Notes: generated by a model from the letters alone, not told the origin. Shown: positions 53,196 through 63,705, counted from the stretch's first letter. The stretch is DNA of 64,000 nucleotides from an uncultured Chloroflexia bacterium (GCA_963695715.1 CAVOHP010000003.1:12991-76990), one strand, 5' to 3'. Numbers and translations: made by a program.

Positions 53196-54346
53196 AACTG
53201 ATGGAGCCCACCACTATGACAGACGCTATGACCCCTCTCGCGCGCTTTCTTGCCTCGATGGAGTATCAGCCCGTAGACCATGTCCCCAACTGGGAGCTGG
53301 GCGTGTGGCCGCAGACGAGAGACATCTGGGAAGTCGAAGCGCCGGAGACCCTGCACTTCCACTGGGATTGGTTCGCCGGGGAAGCCGCCCTGGGCATGGA
53401 TCCCAAGGAGTTCATCCGCTTCAACGACGGCCCGGTGCCGAGCTATGAAGAGGAGACGCTGGAAGAAGACGAACGCACCATCACGTTCCGCGACGGGCTG
53501 GGGCGCGTCCGCAAGGCGTTGAAAGAGGGCACGCGCCACGGGGGCCGGCTCTCCATGGACACCTATATCAGCTTCCCGGTGAACAACATGGCCGATTGGG
53601 AGCGGATGAAGCGGCGCTATGAGATCAGCCCGCGACGCTACGAACCCAACTGGCCCACCACCCGGCTGAACGGCTGGCGACAGAGAGAGCATCCGCTGAT
53701 CTTCGGGCCGAACTGCTCCACCCTCGGCTTCTACTGGTTTGCGCGCGATATGATGGGCACGGAAGGGCTTTCGTATGCCTTTTTCGATCAGCCCGACCTC
53801 GTGCATGATATCATGGAGTTCCACGCCGACTATCTGATCGAAGCCGCGCGCCCTGTCCTGGCGCAGACCGACGTCGAATATGTCTGTTTCAGCGAGGACA
53901 TGGCGATGAAGACGGGACCGCTGCTCAGCCCGAAGGCCTACCGCACCTTCATCCTGCCGCGCCTGCGCCGGGTCATCGAGTTCTACAAGGGCCACGGCAC
54001 GCGCTACATCGCCGTTGACACCGACGGCAACCCCGAAGTCCTGGTGCCGATGCTGATGGACGCCGGCGTGGACATCCTCTGGCCGCTGGAGCGCGCCGCC
54101 GACCAGGACCCGGTGCGGTTGCGACGCAAGTTCGGCAAATCGCTGCGGCTGTGGGGCGGCGTGGACAAGCGCGTGCTGGCGGAAGGCCCGGCGCAAATTG
54201 ACGCGCACCTGCGCCAAATGGCGCCGGTCGTCGCGGAAGGGGGCTACGTGCCGACCGTGGACCACACCGTCCCGCCGGACGTGAGCTGGCCGAACTTCAA
54301 GCACTACATGGAGAGCAAGGCAAAGCTGCTGCGCGGCGAACTGTAA
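53192..54346 (+). CDS. Uroporphyrinogen decarboxylase / MtaA-CmuA superfamily protein 3
   Basis: SEDMAMKTGPLLSP, VDTDG, WPLE, WGGVDKR, TVDHTVPPDVSW.NF. Confidence 0.87.
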   Translation: MKLMEPTTMTDAMTPLARFLASMEYQPVDHVPNWELGVWPQTRDIWEVEAPETLHFHWDWFAGEAALGMDPKEFIRFNDGPVPSYEEETLEEDERTITFRDGLGRVRKALKEGTRHGGRLSMDTYISFPVNNMADWERMKRRYEISPRRYEPNWPTTRLNGWRQREHPLIFGPNCSTLGFYWFARDMMGTEGLSYAFFDQPDLVHDIMEFHADYLIEAARPVLAQTDVEYVCFSEDMAMKTGPLLSPKAYRTFILPRLRRVIEFYKGHGTRYIAVDTDGNPEVLVPMLMDAGVDILWPLERAADQDPVRLRRKFGKSLRLWGGVDKRVLAEGPAQIDAHLRQMAPVVAEGGYVPTVDHTVPPDVSWPNFKHYMESKAKLLRGEL

Positions 54347-54354
54347 CAAAATCA

Positions 54355-55402
54355 CTATCCGAAGACGTAACGATAGGCGCGCCGGGTCGGCAGGCGCGCC
54401 GCCCAGGTTCATCACCGTCAGCGGAACCGCCAAGCCCAGCGCGACCAGCAGCGGCGCGACCAGGATCGGATAGTTCAGCGCGCCCGGAATCACCGCCGTG
54501 ACGGCCCACAGCGTCAGGTCGAGCACCAGCAGATGCGTGAGGTAGACGCCATAGGAATGTTTCCCGACGGCTTCGAACTGGCGCACCAACGGGATGGACT
54601 GGCGCTGGATGAGCGGCAAACACAGCACGAAGGGGACAGGACAAAGATACTTCCCCAGCTCCAGCCCCCGGCCCACACTGAAATAGAGCGTCGCCAGGGC
54701 AAACAGTACAACGGTCGCGCCCACCAGGAGGAAGCGCAAACGCTTCAACACCGGCAGCCACGTGCGCGCGTGCATCCCGTACACCAACCCCAATGGGAAA
54801 TAGATCGCCCACTCGGAGAGCGTGCCGCCGATGACCGGCGGCATCAGCGCGCGCGCCTGAGCCGGAAAGACGAATCCCAGACTCCCCTTATGCAGGATGC
54901 CGATCAACAGCAATTGCACGAGGCCGATGGCCACAAGCAGTAACAGGCCGCGCCGCCGCGCGGCGATCACGAGCAGCGGCGATACGAGATAGGAAAGCAT
55001 GAGCAACGGCACGAAGTGATAGGGATACCCGGTCAGCAGATTCCTGGCATAGCCTGCGACTCCATATCGTTCGCCATAATGCAGCGCGACAAGGAGATAG
55101 AAAGCGGCCGACCAGATGAGGTACGGCCACAGGATGTGCGTCACGCTGCGCAGGACAAAGCTTCGCGAGAGGCCGGGCGGATCGCCGCGCGCCGCGTAAG
55201 CCACGAACGCGCCGGCGATGAACAAAAACGTGGGCACCGCGAAGACGCCCAGATCGCGCAGCACCACCAGGATCGCCCCGACCAGCCCCGCGGGCGGCGC
55301 GAAGCCCAACCGTTGGCCCGCCCCCAGCGTCAGGGTGATGGAATGATTCAGCACCATCAGGACGATAGCCAGGCCGCTCAGCGCCGGAAACTGACGGTTC
55401 AT
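54355..55402 (-). CDS. Acyltransferase-3 family membrane O-acyltransferase; frameshift near the 3' end
   Basis: LSGLAIVLMVLNH, FAVPTFLFIAG, PYLIWS, GKHSYGVYLTH; ~10 TM helices; own RBS GAGGAAG. Confidence 0.85.
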
Positions 55403-56410
55403 GTCACGAGCTTCCTCAACCACAGCGCCCCCTGCGCCGAAGCCAATCGCCCCGCGGCGCAGATAGTCGGTCGTCCGCTCTTTCCGCACGATGTCTGCGA
55501 TCACGCGCGACACCTGCTCAGGCTTCAGGTCGAGGCTGGCTGCAATCTCCTCGATGGCGACGCCGCGCTCGTAGCCGTACCACACCGTATCCAGCACGGC
55601 GAAGGGCAAGCGGAAGAAGAACTCCTCCTGGGTGCTGCCCGCGCTATAGGTGTCCGAAGTCGGCGTGCGCTCTTGCACTTCGCGCGGGATATCCAGCGCC
55701 GCCGCGAGTTGATACACCTGGCTCTTGAAGAGATGCGCGATCGGCTGCACATCTACGCCGCCATCGCCGTGTTTCACGAAGAAACCCAGCGCATGTTCGT
55801 TCTTGTTGGCCGTCCCCACCACCGCGTAGTTGCGCGCCTCCGCGTGATAATAGAGCATCGCCATCCGCGTCCGCTGTTTGAGATTCGACGCCGCGACGAT
55901 CTGGTAATACTCGCGCGGCGGCATGCGCCGGGTCTGCTCCTCACCCTCCGGCGACGCCACGGTCAGGTAGAACACGTTGAGCGTGTCCTCGTCCAACAGG
56001 TTGCCCGGCAGCGTGATCTTGGAGGTCCAGCCCGGCCCGAACTCCGGGAAGAGCCGCAGAATCGCCGCATCGCGCCGTTCGTAGCAGCCGAACCCGTCGA
56101 GCGCGGCCGTGATCTCCTCGGTGATGGTCTGCACGCCATAGCGCGCCGCGACCTCCGTTGCGAGCCGGGCGCTGTCGGGGCTGGAGTCGCGCTCCGGCAA
56201 CAGCACCCCAAGCACTCTCTCCGGCCCGAATGCCTGCGCGCACAGCGCAAGCACCACCGATGAATCCACGCCGCCGCTGATCCCCACCACCGCGCCCGCA
56301 CGCCGTAGCTCGCGATGAACGGCCTGATGCAGCGCGGCCGTCAGACGGGCGACCTCGGCCGGTGCGTCCAGTTCCAGCGCCGTGCCGTCAAATTGATCCG
56401 ACCCTGTCAT
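55399..56410 (-). CDS. nadE: NadE-like NH3-dependent NAD+ synthetase family protein (reads in frame into the acyltransferase in this assembly)
   Basis: GISGGVDS PP-loop, NLKQRTRM, GTANKNE, GFFVKHGDGGVD, PTSDT. Confidence 0.85.
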
Positions 56411-58384
56411 ACGTGCTCGCTCGCTTCCTGGGTGCGATCCACAATCTTCAGGCGCGCATGCGCAGCCGGCGCGCCGGGCCTGAAGTCTTTGACAAACTGC
56501 CGGTAGACGAGTTGCGTGGATAATATCCCCGCCAGCGCCATATCTTCCACCTCGCTAAGCGGTCTGCCGGAAGCCGCCTTGCGCGTCAACTGCTCGACTG
56601 TGGCCGGGACGAAGATGCCGCTCTCTCCCAGCGCGCCCGGCGACAGCAGTTCCATCACATATGCGGGCGCGCCCTCGCCGAAAAAGCCGGCATGAATCGG
56701 CGCGCGATAGGGGCGCTTCGGGCGTCGCCAGATTTCCGCGGGCAGATGTTTGCTGGCGACCCGCCGCAACAGCCATTTCTCCATCAGACCCCGCAGCTTC
56801 ACGCCCGGAGGCAGCCGGTTACAGAATTCTATCACGCGGAAGTCGAGGAACGGGTAGCGCCCCTCCACCGAGTGCGCCATCGCCACGCGATCGCCCTGCG
56901 ACGAAAGGAGATACTGCGACAGGAATATCGTCATCTCCAGATATTGCGCCTGCCCCAACGCCGGCCACGCGTCGAAATCTGCGGGCAACGCAATGGCATC
57001 GGCCCACGGTTGCGCGCCATCGTCCGCAGCCGTCGTCTTCAGGAATCGGCGGTTGCGCCCGGTGTTCGACCAGCGCAGCGCGTGCGAATAATACGGCGAA
57101 TCGGTCATCTCCAGGTCGCGCCGGAAGAAAGCGTTCAGATAGGCGCTGCCCGAACGGCTGAGCCCTCCGATATCCGGGTACAATCGCCGCAGCAGCAACG
57201 GGCGCATCTCCGACTCCGGGTTGCGCGCCCAAAACCGCCGGATCGCCATTTCCTTGAAGATGTCATAACCCGCCAGCACCTCGTCTGCCCCTTCGCCCGT
57301 CACCACCACCTTCAGGCCGTGGTCATGGACGAGCTCCGACAGCATGAAGAGCGGCGCAGGGGCCGTGCGCAGGATGGGCGTCTCCGTATGCCAGATCACG
57401 TCGGGAAAGACGCGCCCCACGTCGGCGTCGCTGCACTTCACCACGTGATGCTGCGTCCCCAGATAATCCGCCATCCGATACTGGAAGACGCTCTCGTCGA
57501 AGTCAGGGTTCTCGAACGCGATGGAGAAGGTTTCGAGCCGGCTGTCGGTGTAGTCGCGCACGATCGCCGTCGTCAATGACGAATCGAGGCCGCCGCTGAG
57601 ATACGCGCCCACCGGCACATCCGCGCGCATGCGGAGGCGCGCGGCGTCAATCAGCAGGGCCTCCAGTTCCTCCGCATAAGCGGTTTCCGAGCCGTGAGTT
57701 TCCGGGGTGAAATCGGGCTGCCAGTAACGCTCGATACGCACATCGCCCCGTTCGGCCAGCATGTAACTGCCGGGCGGCACTTCGCGCACGCCCTGGAATA
57801 CCGTGGTCGGCGTGAGGGTGCTCCAGTACGTGAAGATCTGCTCCACCGCGCCCGGATCGAGCTCCGCGCGGACGCCCGGAACCGCCAGGAGCGCCTTCAC
57901 CTCGGAACCGAAGATCAACCGCCCCTCGCTGACGGTATAGAAGAGGGGGCGTATCCCCACCCGGTCGCGCGCCAGGAAAGAGCCGCCCCGCCTTCGCATC
58001 CCACAGCGCCAGGGCGAACTGGCCGTTGAGATGCCGCAGGCAATCGGGGCCGTATTCTTCGTACAGGTGGACGATGACCTCGGTGTCGCTCTGCGTGGTA
58101 AACCGGTGGCCGAGCGCCTCGAGTTGCGGGCGCAGTTCGACGTAGTTGAAGATCTCGCCGTTGTAGACGATCCAGAGCGAACCGTCCTCGTTGCTGATCG
58201 GCTGATCGCCGCCGGCCAGGTCAATGATGCTGAGCCGCGCGCTGCCCAGGCCAATCCGGTCATCCCGGTAGACGCCGTATCCGTCCGGCCCGCGATGCCG
58301 GAGCATCCCCAGCATCCGCAGCAGGGCATCGCGTTCCGGCGCGGGCCTTTCGGCCAGGTTGAGGACGCCTACAATGCCGCACAT
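56407..58384 (-). CDS. asnB: Asparagine synthase (glutamine-hydrolysing) family amidotransferase; frameshift ~57985
   Basis: MCGI N-terminal nucleophile, HRGPDG, RLSIID, NGEIFN, LSGGLDSS, TGEGADE, EGRYPFLD. Confidence 0.92.
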
Positions 58385-58403
58385 GAGTGAGTTCGCCTTG
58401 AGA

Positions 58404-59936
58404 TCACGCCAGCCCCGTCTTCTTGATCTTGCCCGATTCCGTCTTCGGGAGTTCCGTCAAAAACTCAACCTGCCGGGGAACCATGAAGTCTTCCAGGTTC
58501 GCCCGGCAGTGCGCCAACACCTCCGCCGCCGTCAGCTCGCGGCCGTCGGTCACGACGAACGCCTTGATCGCCTCGCCCAGCACCGGGTCGGGCACGCCGA
58601 TCACCGCCGCTTCGGCGACGCCATCCAACGCATACAAAATATTCTCGACCTCTTTCGGCGCGACCTTCTCGCCCCGGCTCTTGATGATGTCATCCTTGCG
58701 CGCAACGAAATAGAGATAGCCCTCATCATCGGCCCGGAACAAATCGCCGGAATAACACACGCGCTCGCCGGGCAGCGGGCCGGGCCGATAGCGCCGGGCC
58801 GTCGCCTCCGGGTCGCCCCAGTAGCCGCGCATCACGTGCCGCCCACGGATGACCAGTTCGCCCACCTCCCCCGGCCCCAGCCGATTCCCGGCCTCATCCT
58901 CCAGCCACACCTCCGTGCCCGGAATGGCGATGCCCACCGAGCCGGGTCGCCGGTCGAGTTGCTCCGGCGGCAGATAGAGCGTGCGCTTCGTTTCGGTCAG
59001 CCCGTACATAGAATAGAGCGTAACGCCGGGGAACGCGCGGCGCAGCGCCTCGATGTGGCTGGTGGGCAGGGCCGCCGCCGTATTGCTCAGGTAACGCAGA
59101 CTGGAGAGATCGTACTGGCTGAGATCGAGCTTGAGCAGGACGGCGAAGATCGTCGGCACGCCCGGCAGCCCCGTCACGCGCTCCTCTTCGATCCGCTTCA
59201 GCGTCGCCGCGGGGTACGCGAAACCCTTCTCCAGCACCAGCGTCCCGCCGAATCGGAAGGTCATCAGCAACTGATACAGCCCGTAATCGAACGCCAGAGG
59301 CAACAGGCCGATGACGATATCCGCCTCGGTGTTCTCCAGATAGGAGATGATCGAGCCGCTGGCGAAAACGACGTTGCTGTGATCCGACATCACACCCTTC
59401 GGCTCGCCGGTGCTGCCGCTGGTGTAGATCAGGCACGCGAGATCGAGGTCAATATTCACCGGCGCAGGCCGGCGGGGCGAGCCATGCGCCTGGATCTGCT
59501 CGTACCACAGGACGCCGGAGAGATCGTCGGGGGCTGTTGGGGCGCCGGTGAGGATGATCACACCGGGCGCGGACAGCCGTCCCTGCTCGCGCAGCCGCAG
59601 CGCGAGCGCCTGCTGCCGCGCGCCGGTGATCAAAGCGACCGCGCCGCAGTTGCTCACCATATAGGCCAGCTTGGCCTCTTTGGTGGCCGCGTTGGCGACC
59701 ACGAATACGCCGCCGGCTTTCAGCACCCCGAAAATCGCGACCACCGCCTCGACGCAATTCGGCAGGTAGATCACCGCGCGATCGCCGCGCCGGAATCCTG
59801 CCTCTCGCAGCGCGTGCGCGAGGCGGTTAGCCTGGGCATCCACCTCGGCGTAAGTCAACCGCTGCCCATCGCATACCAGACACGTCTTGTCGGGCAGCCG
59901 TTCGGCGCTTCGCTCCAAAAATTCCTGGACCAGCAT
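58404..59936 (-). CDS. Acyl-AMP / acyl-CoA ligase (ANL adenylating enzyme)
   Basis: IYTSGSTGEPKG, YGLTE, SGDL, RKDDIIK, LPKTESGKI. Confidence 0.93.
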   Translation of the reverse strand: MLVQEFLERSAERLPDKTCLVCDGQRLTYAEVDAQANRLAHALREAGFRRGDRAVIYLPNCVEAVVAIFGVLKAGGVFVVANAATKEAKLAYMVSNCGAVALITGARQQALALRLREQGRLSAPGVIILTGAPTAPDDLSGVLWYEQIQAHGSPRRPAPVNIDLDLACLIYTSGSTGEPKGVMSDHSNVVFASGSIISYLENTEADIVIGLLPLAFDYGLYQLLMTFRFGGTLVLEKGFAYPAATLKRIEEERVTGLPGVPTIFAVLLKLDLSQYDLSSLRYLSNTAAALPTSHIEALRRAFPGVTLYSMYGLTETKRTLYLPPEQLDRRPGSVGIAIPGTEVWLEDEAGNRLGPGEVGELVIRGRHVMRGYWGDPEATARRYRPGPLPGERVCYSGDLFRADDEGYLYFVARKDDIIKSRGEKVAPKEVENILYALDGVAEAAVIGVPDPVLGEAIKAFVVTDGRELTAAEVLAHCRANLEDFMVPRQVEFLTELPKTESGKIKKTGLA

Positions 59937-59962
59937 CGGTCTCCCCTCCAGCCGGAATACCA

Positions 59963-60217
59963 TCAGGCCGCGGGCTGCTTGCTTCGGACATACGCCGCAA
60001 GCCGGGCCACCGAATCAAAGTTATCGGGGACAATATCGCGATCATCCACCTTAACTCCGTATCGCTCTTCGACGAAGTTCACGAGTTCCAGGACGTTCAT
60101 CGAATCCACGATGCCCTGATCCAGGAAGGAAACATCATCTGCATAGGGGTAGTCATTGCCGGTGAAGAGGATATTCTGAGCAATATACGTGCGAATCTGC
60201 TTTTCAACCGTGTCCAT
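59963..60217 (-). CDS. Acyl carrier protein
   Basis: GIVDSM phosphopantetheine Ser motif, PDNFDSV; extended -10 TGtTATAAT at 60288-60296. Confidence 0.92.
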   Translation of the reverse strand: MDTVEKQIRTYIAQNILFTGNDYPYADDVSFLDQGIVDSMNVLELVNFVEERYGVKVDDRDIVPDNFDSVARLAAYVRSKQPAA

Positions 60218-60351
60218 TCCAACTCCGTCTTCGTATGAACTCACAAGAAGCTCGCGCCTCTCACCACGCGAGCCGAACAATACAACGATTATAACACTGG
60301 AAACGTGTTTGTCTGTGTCTTGTATTTCTTTTGCTGCGAACCCCGCCTGCA

Positions 60352-61382
60352 TCAGCGCAACAACATCGGCAAATAGGCTCGATAGGGACCGGCGCGGGAG
60401 GACGAGGCGTTGGCGGCGGCAGCCCCGGATTCCAGCCCGAAAGCTGCGCCATCAACACCCAGAACGCCTTGGCCGCGCGGATCTTGCCGAGGGAGACGCT
60501 GCCCAGATGCCCGCCATCCACCTCGGTCGTGTAGTGCGGACAGATGGCCGGAGTGTTCCGCCCATCATCGGGATAGTTTTCGCTTTCGGTTTCGCCCACA
60601 TAGGGCCGCCCGTCCCGGTTGTCATAGCATGGATTGCCGTCCGGGTCATGCGACAGGATGTCGGCCACATCGAACAATGGCTTGCCGTTTGCGATGGCAT
60701 ACTGGCGCATCTGGTCGTTGAACGATTCGGCTTCCGGCGATCCAATCGCTCGAGACAGGCTCGTCGTCCAGTAGATGAACTCCATCTCGGGATGCGCCGC
60801 TTCGTAGGCCTCCAGATCATACACATCCAGCTTGCGTGCGCGTTATCCCAGAAGAAACCGCCGGGCCGATTCGCGATATCGGAGCCCTGCTGGACCTCGA
60901 GATAGCTGAATTGATACGAAACGACCTTGTACTCTGCTCGAGATGCTGATTCACATGGTCGAAGAAACAGCCGACCTCGATGTCTCCAGTTCGAGCAGCC
61001 GCCGGGCCAGAAGACGAAATCCCAGTTGGCGCGGCTATAGCCGCCGGGGCGACTCCAGTTCAGGTCGTCGCGGCTCACCGAGAAGTCGGGGTCCACATGC
61101 ATATAGCGCACACAGTGATTCCTGGCCTACTCGTCGGTCGGGATAACTGAGACAGTCGAGACCCACGCTGATGTTGCCGCCCACCGAGCGATCCATGTAG
61201 AGCATCGAGGTCGCCTGCGCCGCGAGGAGGTAGTTTTCGGGGATTTGCTCGAACAGGGCGACCGAGTTGTGGTCTACGACGATGGGCGCCTGCGGGAGAG
61301 CAGACGGCTGCGTGGTTGCGTAGGCCGGGATCGTCGCGGTCAGCAGGAGCAAGCCCAGCGCGAGCATCCTTAAGGTTGACAC
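60352..61382 (-). CDS. Secreted SGNH-hydrolase-like protein with Pro-rich linker and C-terminal YLPMLLR; several frameshifts
   Basis: AAGGAG + GTG, signal peptide; DRSVGGNI, FNDQMRQY..ANGKPLFDVADI, DGGHL. Reconstructed end GPYRAYLPMLLR-stop. Confidence 0.65.
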
Positions 61383-61420
61383 AACGCGTCTCCTTGTAAG
61401 AAATTTTGTCGCTGTTACGC

Positions 61421-61455
61421 AAAATTCCCGGGGAGGCTGACATCCCCGGGAATTT
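61421..61455 (-). terminator. Terminator hairpin after tRNA-Sec
   Basis: AAATTCCCGGGGA-loop-TCCCCGGGAATTTT. Confidence 0.8.
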
Positions 61456-61463
61456 GTTGCCAG

Positions 61464-61557
61464 CGGGAGTGGATGGGAGTCGAACCCACCCGGGACGGGA
61501 TCACCGCCCCGCACCAGTTTTGAAGACTGGGGCCGCCACCAGGCGACAACCACCCCC
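61464..61557 (-). tRNA. selC: tRNA-Sec (anticodon TCA)
   Basis: 8-bp acceptor stem GGGGGTGG/CCACTCCC, 6-bp D stem GTCGCC-TGGT-GGCGGC, CCAGT-CTTCAAA-ACTGG, long variable arm, GTTCGACTCC T loop; CCA not encoded. Confidence 0.95.
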
Positions 61558-61600
61558 ATAAAGGCGCAGTAAACTGCGCACACACGAATGATGCTGTAGG

Positions 61601-61629
61601 ATAATATGCAGAATGTCGGCGCGGGTCAA
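61601..61629 (-). promoter_or_regulatory. Promoter of selC
   Basis: TTGACC-N17-TATTAT. Confidence 0.6.
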
Positions 61630-61740
61630 GTGTGACCGGGTCTGCGCACAGGCCTGGAGTCGAGGCTTCAGCCGGTTTTTGCGGTAATCAGGGATCATCC
61701 GCCCAACCGGCTAAAGCCTCCAAGTCCGGTATCGCTGAGT

Positions 61741-63705
61741 CTATGTCCGATCTTCTTCCAACAGGAACTGCACCCACGGCCCGGACATCCCGTCCGAAGT
61801 CACACCGTAGAAGATGCGAATGTTGCCGTCCGGCTCACGCAATACGAGGTCATAGCGCAGCCGGCGCGCCCGCTTGGCGACCTGCCACAGCCCGTAGCTG
61901 CCGCTCCAGGTGACGCCTGTCGGGTCCACCGGTTTCGTGGCCGCCTGGTTGATCGCATAGCTCCACAACTTGCGCGCCGATGACTGGGTGACGTTCTGCA
62001 CCATGTTGCCGTTGCGCAGATCGCGAATCGCAAAGTACTTCGTCCCCTTGCGTTCTTCCACCGAGACGATCTCGACGCCCAGACGCGGGGACGACGAGGG
62101 AAGACGCCTCGGCTTCCGCAACCGGGGCGACCATCGCCTCGGCTTCCGGCCACAATTCCGGCTCCGCGGCAACCGGGGCCTTGACCGCCGGGGCGCGCCG
62201 AGAGCGCGTTGCGCGCGGTTTGACCGGCGCCGGAACCGACGGCTCGGCCACCGGCGGCTCGGCAACAACAGGTTCGACCGCCGGAGTTTCGATGACGACG
62301 GGGGCCGCGACCGTCACAGGGGTTTCGATGACGACGGGCGCTGCGACCGCCACAGGCGGCGCAGAGGTCACAGGCGCCAAAGCGTGCGTCGCCAATACCA
62401 GATTGACGATCTCATCGCGCACAGCCTCGGTGCTATCGGTTTCCTCGCGCACGTAAATGCGCGTCTGATCCAGCGCATAGGGTTTCTCCGTACCCCTGGG
62501 CACGGTGATCCGCAACACAGGGACGCCGGCGGTCTCCACAACGTTGACGTTGGCTTCCAGCGGCGGCGTGATGTGTCGTTCGATCTCGCGCTTGAGCGTG
62601 ATCGCGTTCTCCGCAGGGTTCTCCACCCCGCGCGGCTCGCCCTTCTTCGCCACGCTCAGGCCCACGTAGACCGTGCCGCCCTGCGTGTTGGCCATCGCCA
62701 CCACATCGCACAGCACCTTATGCAGGCGTCCGCCCTGCCGGCTCATGCTCTCATGAAACGACTGGACGATGGTGTTGCCCTGCTCGCGGGCTGCCTCGAT
62801 ATGATCGAAGGGCTTTTCGGCCAACGGGCGCGAAGGTCGCGTCCGCGAGAAGTCATCGCCTTCGAGCACTTCACGCAGCGCCTCAAAACTTACCTCAGGC
62901 AGCAGGATTTCCGAGGCGCGGTCGCCGATGCCCATGCGCGCCTTATCCCTCAGGTCGCGGGTCAGGCGATGCGCGTCCGAACCCTGGATGCAGTGCATCC
63001 GCCGCGGATATTCGGGCTTCGATCCGTCGAAGAAACGCGCCGTCGAACGTCGGCCGGGGTCGTCCAGATCGGTTACTTCGAGCGCGTCCAGATATTGATC
63101 CTGGGTGAAGGCGATCTTGGTCTGGCCGCCGAAGCTCACGCCGCGCATCCCGACGCCGTGCGTCGTATTCGCGTGCGCGGCAATGACCAGGCCGCCGGCC
63201 TCGTGGATCAGCCGGTACGCCGTGAGCACGTCGGTAGACGCGCCGATTTCGGTGCTGCCGTCGGTGAGCCGATCCACCGGCACATTCAGGCGCAGGAGTA
63301 ACAACTCCATCGCGCGCAGCGGGGTTTCGGGGGGAAAATCGCCAGGATATGGAACCCGAAGGTCGCTGTGAACTCTACCCCGGGCAAAACCAGTACTTTA
63401 TCGCCAATCCGGCGATACTCATCGAGGTCCCGTCGTTCCTGAGGCCGCAAACGATCATTCGCCTCTAACCATGTGAGGCGTTCGATCTCGGCTCTCAGCC
63501 GGGCAATCCCTTCCACGGTGTTATGGTCGGTAATCGCCACAATGTCCAGCCCACGGGATTCGGCTTTCTGTAGCCATTGCAGGTAGCTGACACCAGGCTC
63601 CTGCCAATCCGCCGATGCGGGGGTGTGCAAATGGAGATCCACCCGCCGCCAATCGCCCTGTACGGGCCGGACGGTACTTCTTATTCTATTTCGTGTTTCT
63701 ACCAC
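61741..63705 (-). CDS. PHP-domain phosphoesterase fused to a Schlafen/AlbA_2 domain, Pro/Ala-rich linker and unknown C-terminal domain; frameshifts ~63330 and ~62090
   Basis: [31 protein letters not shown]; [16 protein letters not shown]...GV...[12 protein letters not shown]....IYVR. Confidence 0.8.

Noticed and set aside
48057-54346. Heme biosynthesis (hemE) annotation for the UroD-like genes
   Set aside because: They lack the HemE N-terminal RQAGR motif and no tetrapyrrole genes are adjacent.
52934-56410. 1158-aa ORF as a single protein
   Set aside because: It is NadE plus acyltransferase plus read-through antisense to the UroD3 gene, caused by an extra base near 54405; the likely stop is at 54355.
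54355-61464. Genomic island integrated at selC
   Set aside because: No integrase and no duplicated tRNA 3' end found in the window; composition looks like the flanks.
239-63301. Numerous long antisense or alternative-frame ORFs in the supplied track (e.g. 58359-60119 +, 23823-25322 +, 61970-63301 +)
   Set aside because: Shadow ORFs expected in high-GC DNA opposite well-supported genes; no recognisable motifs.
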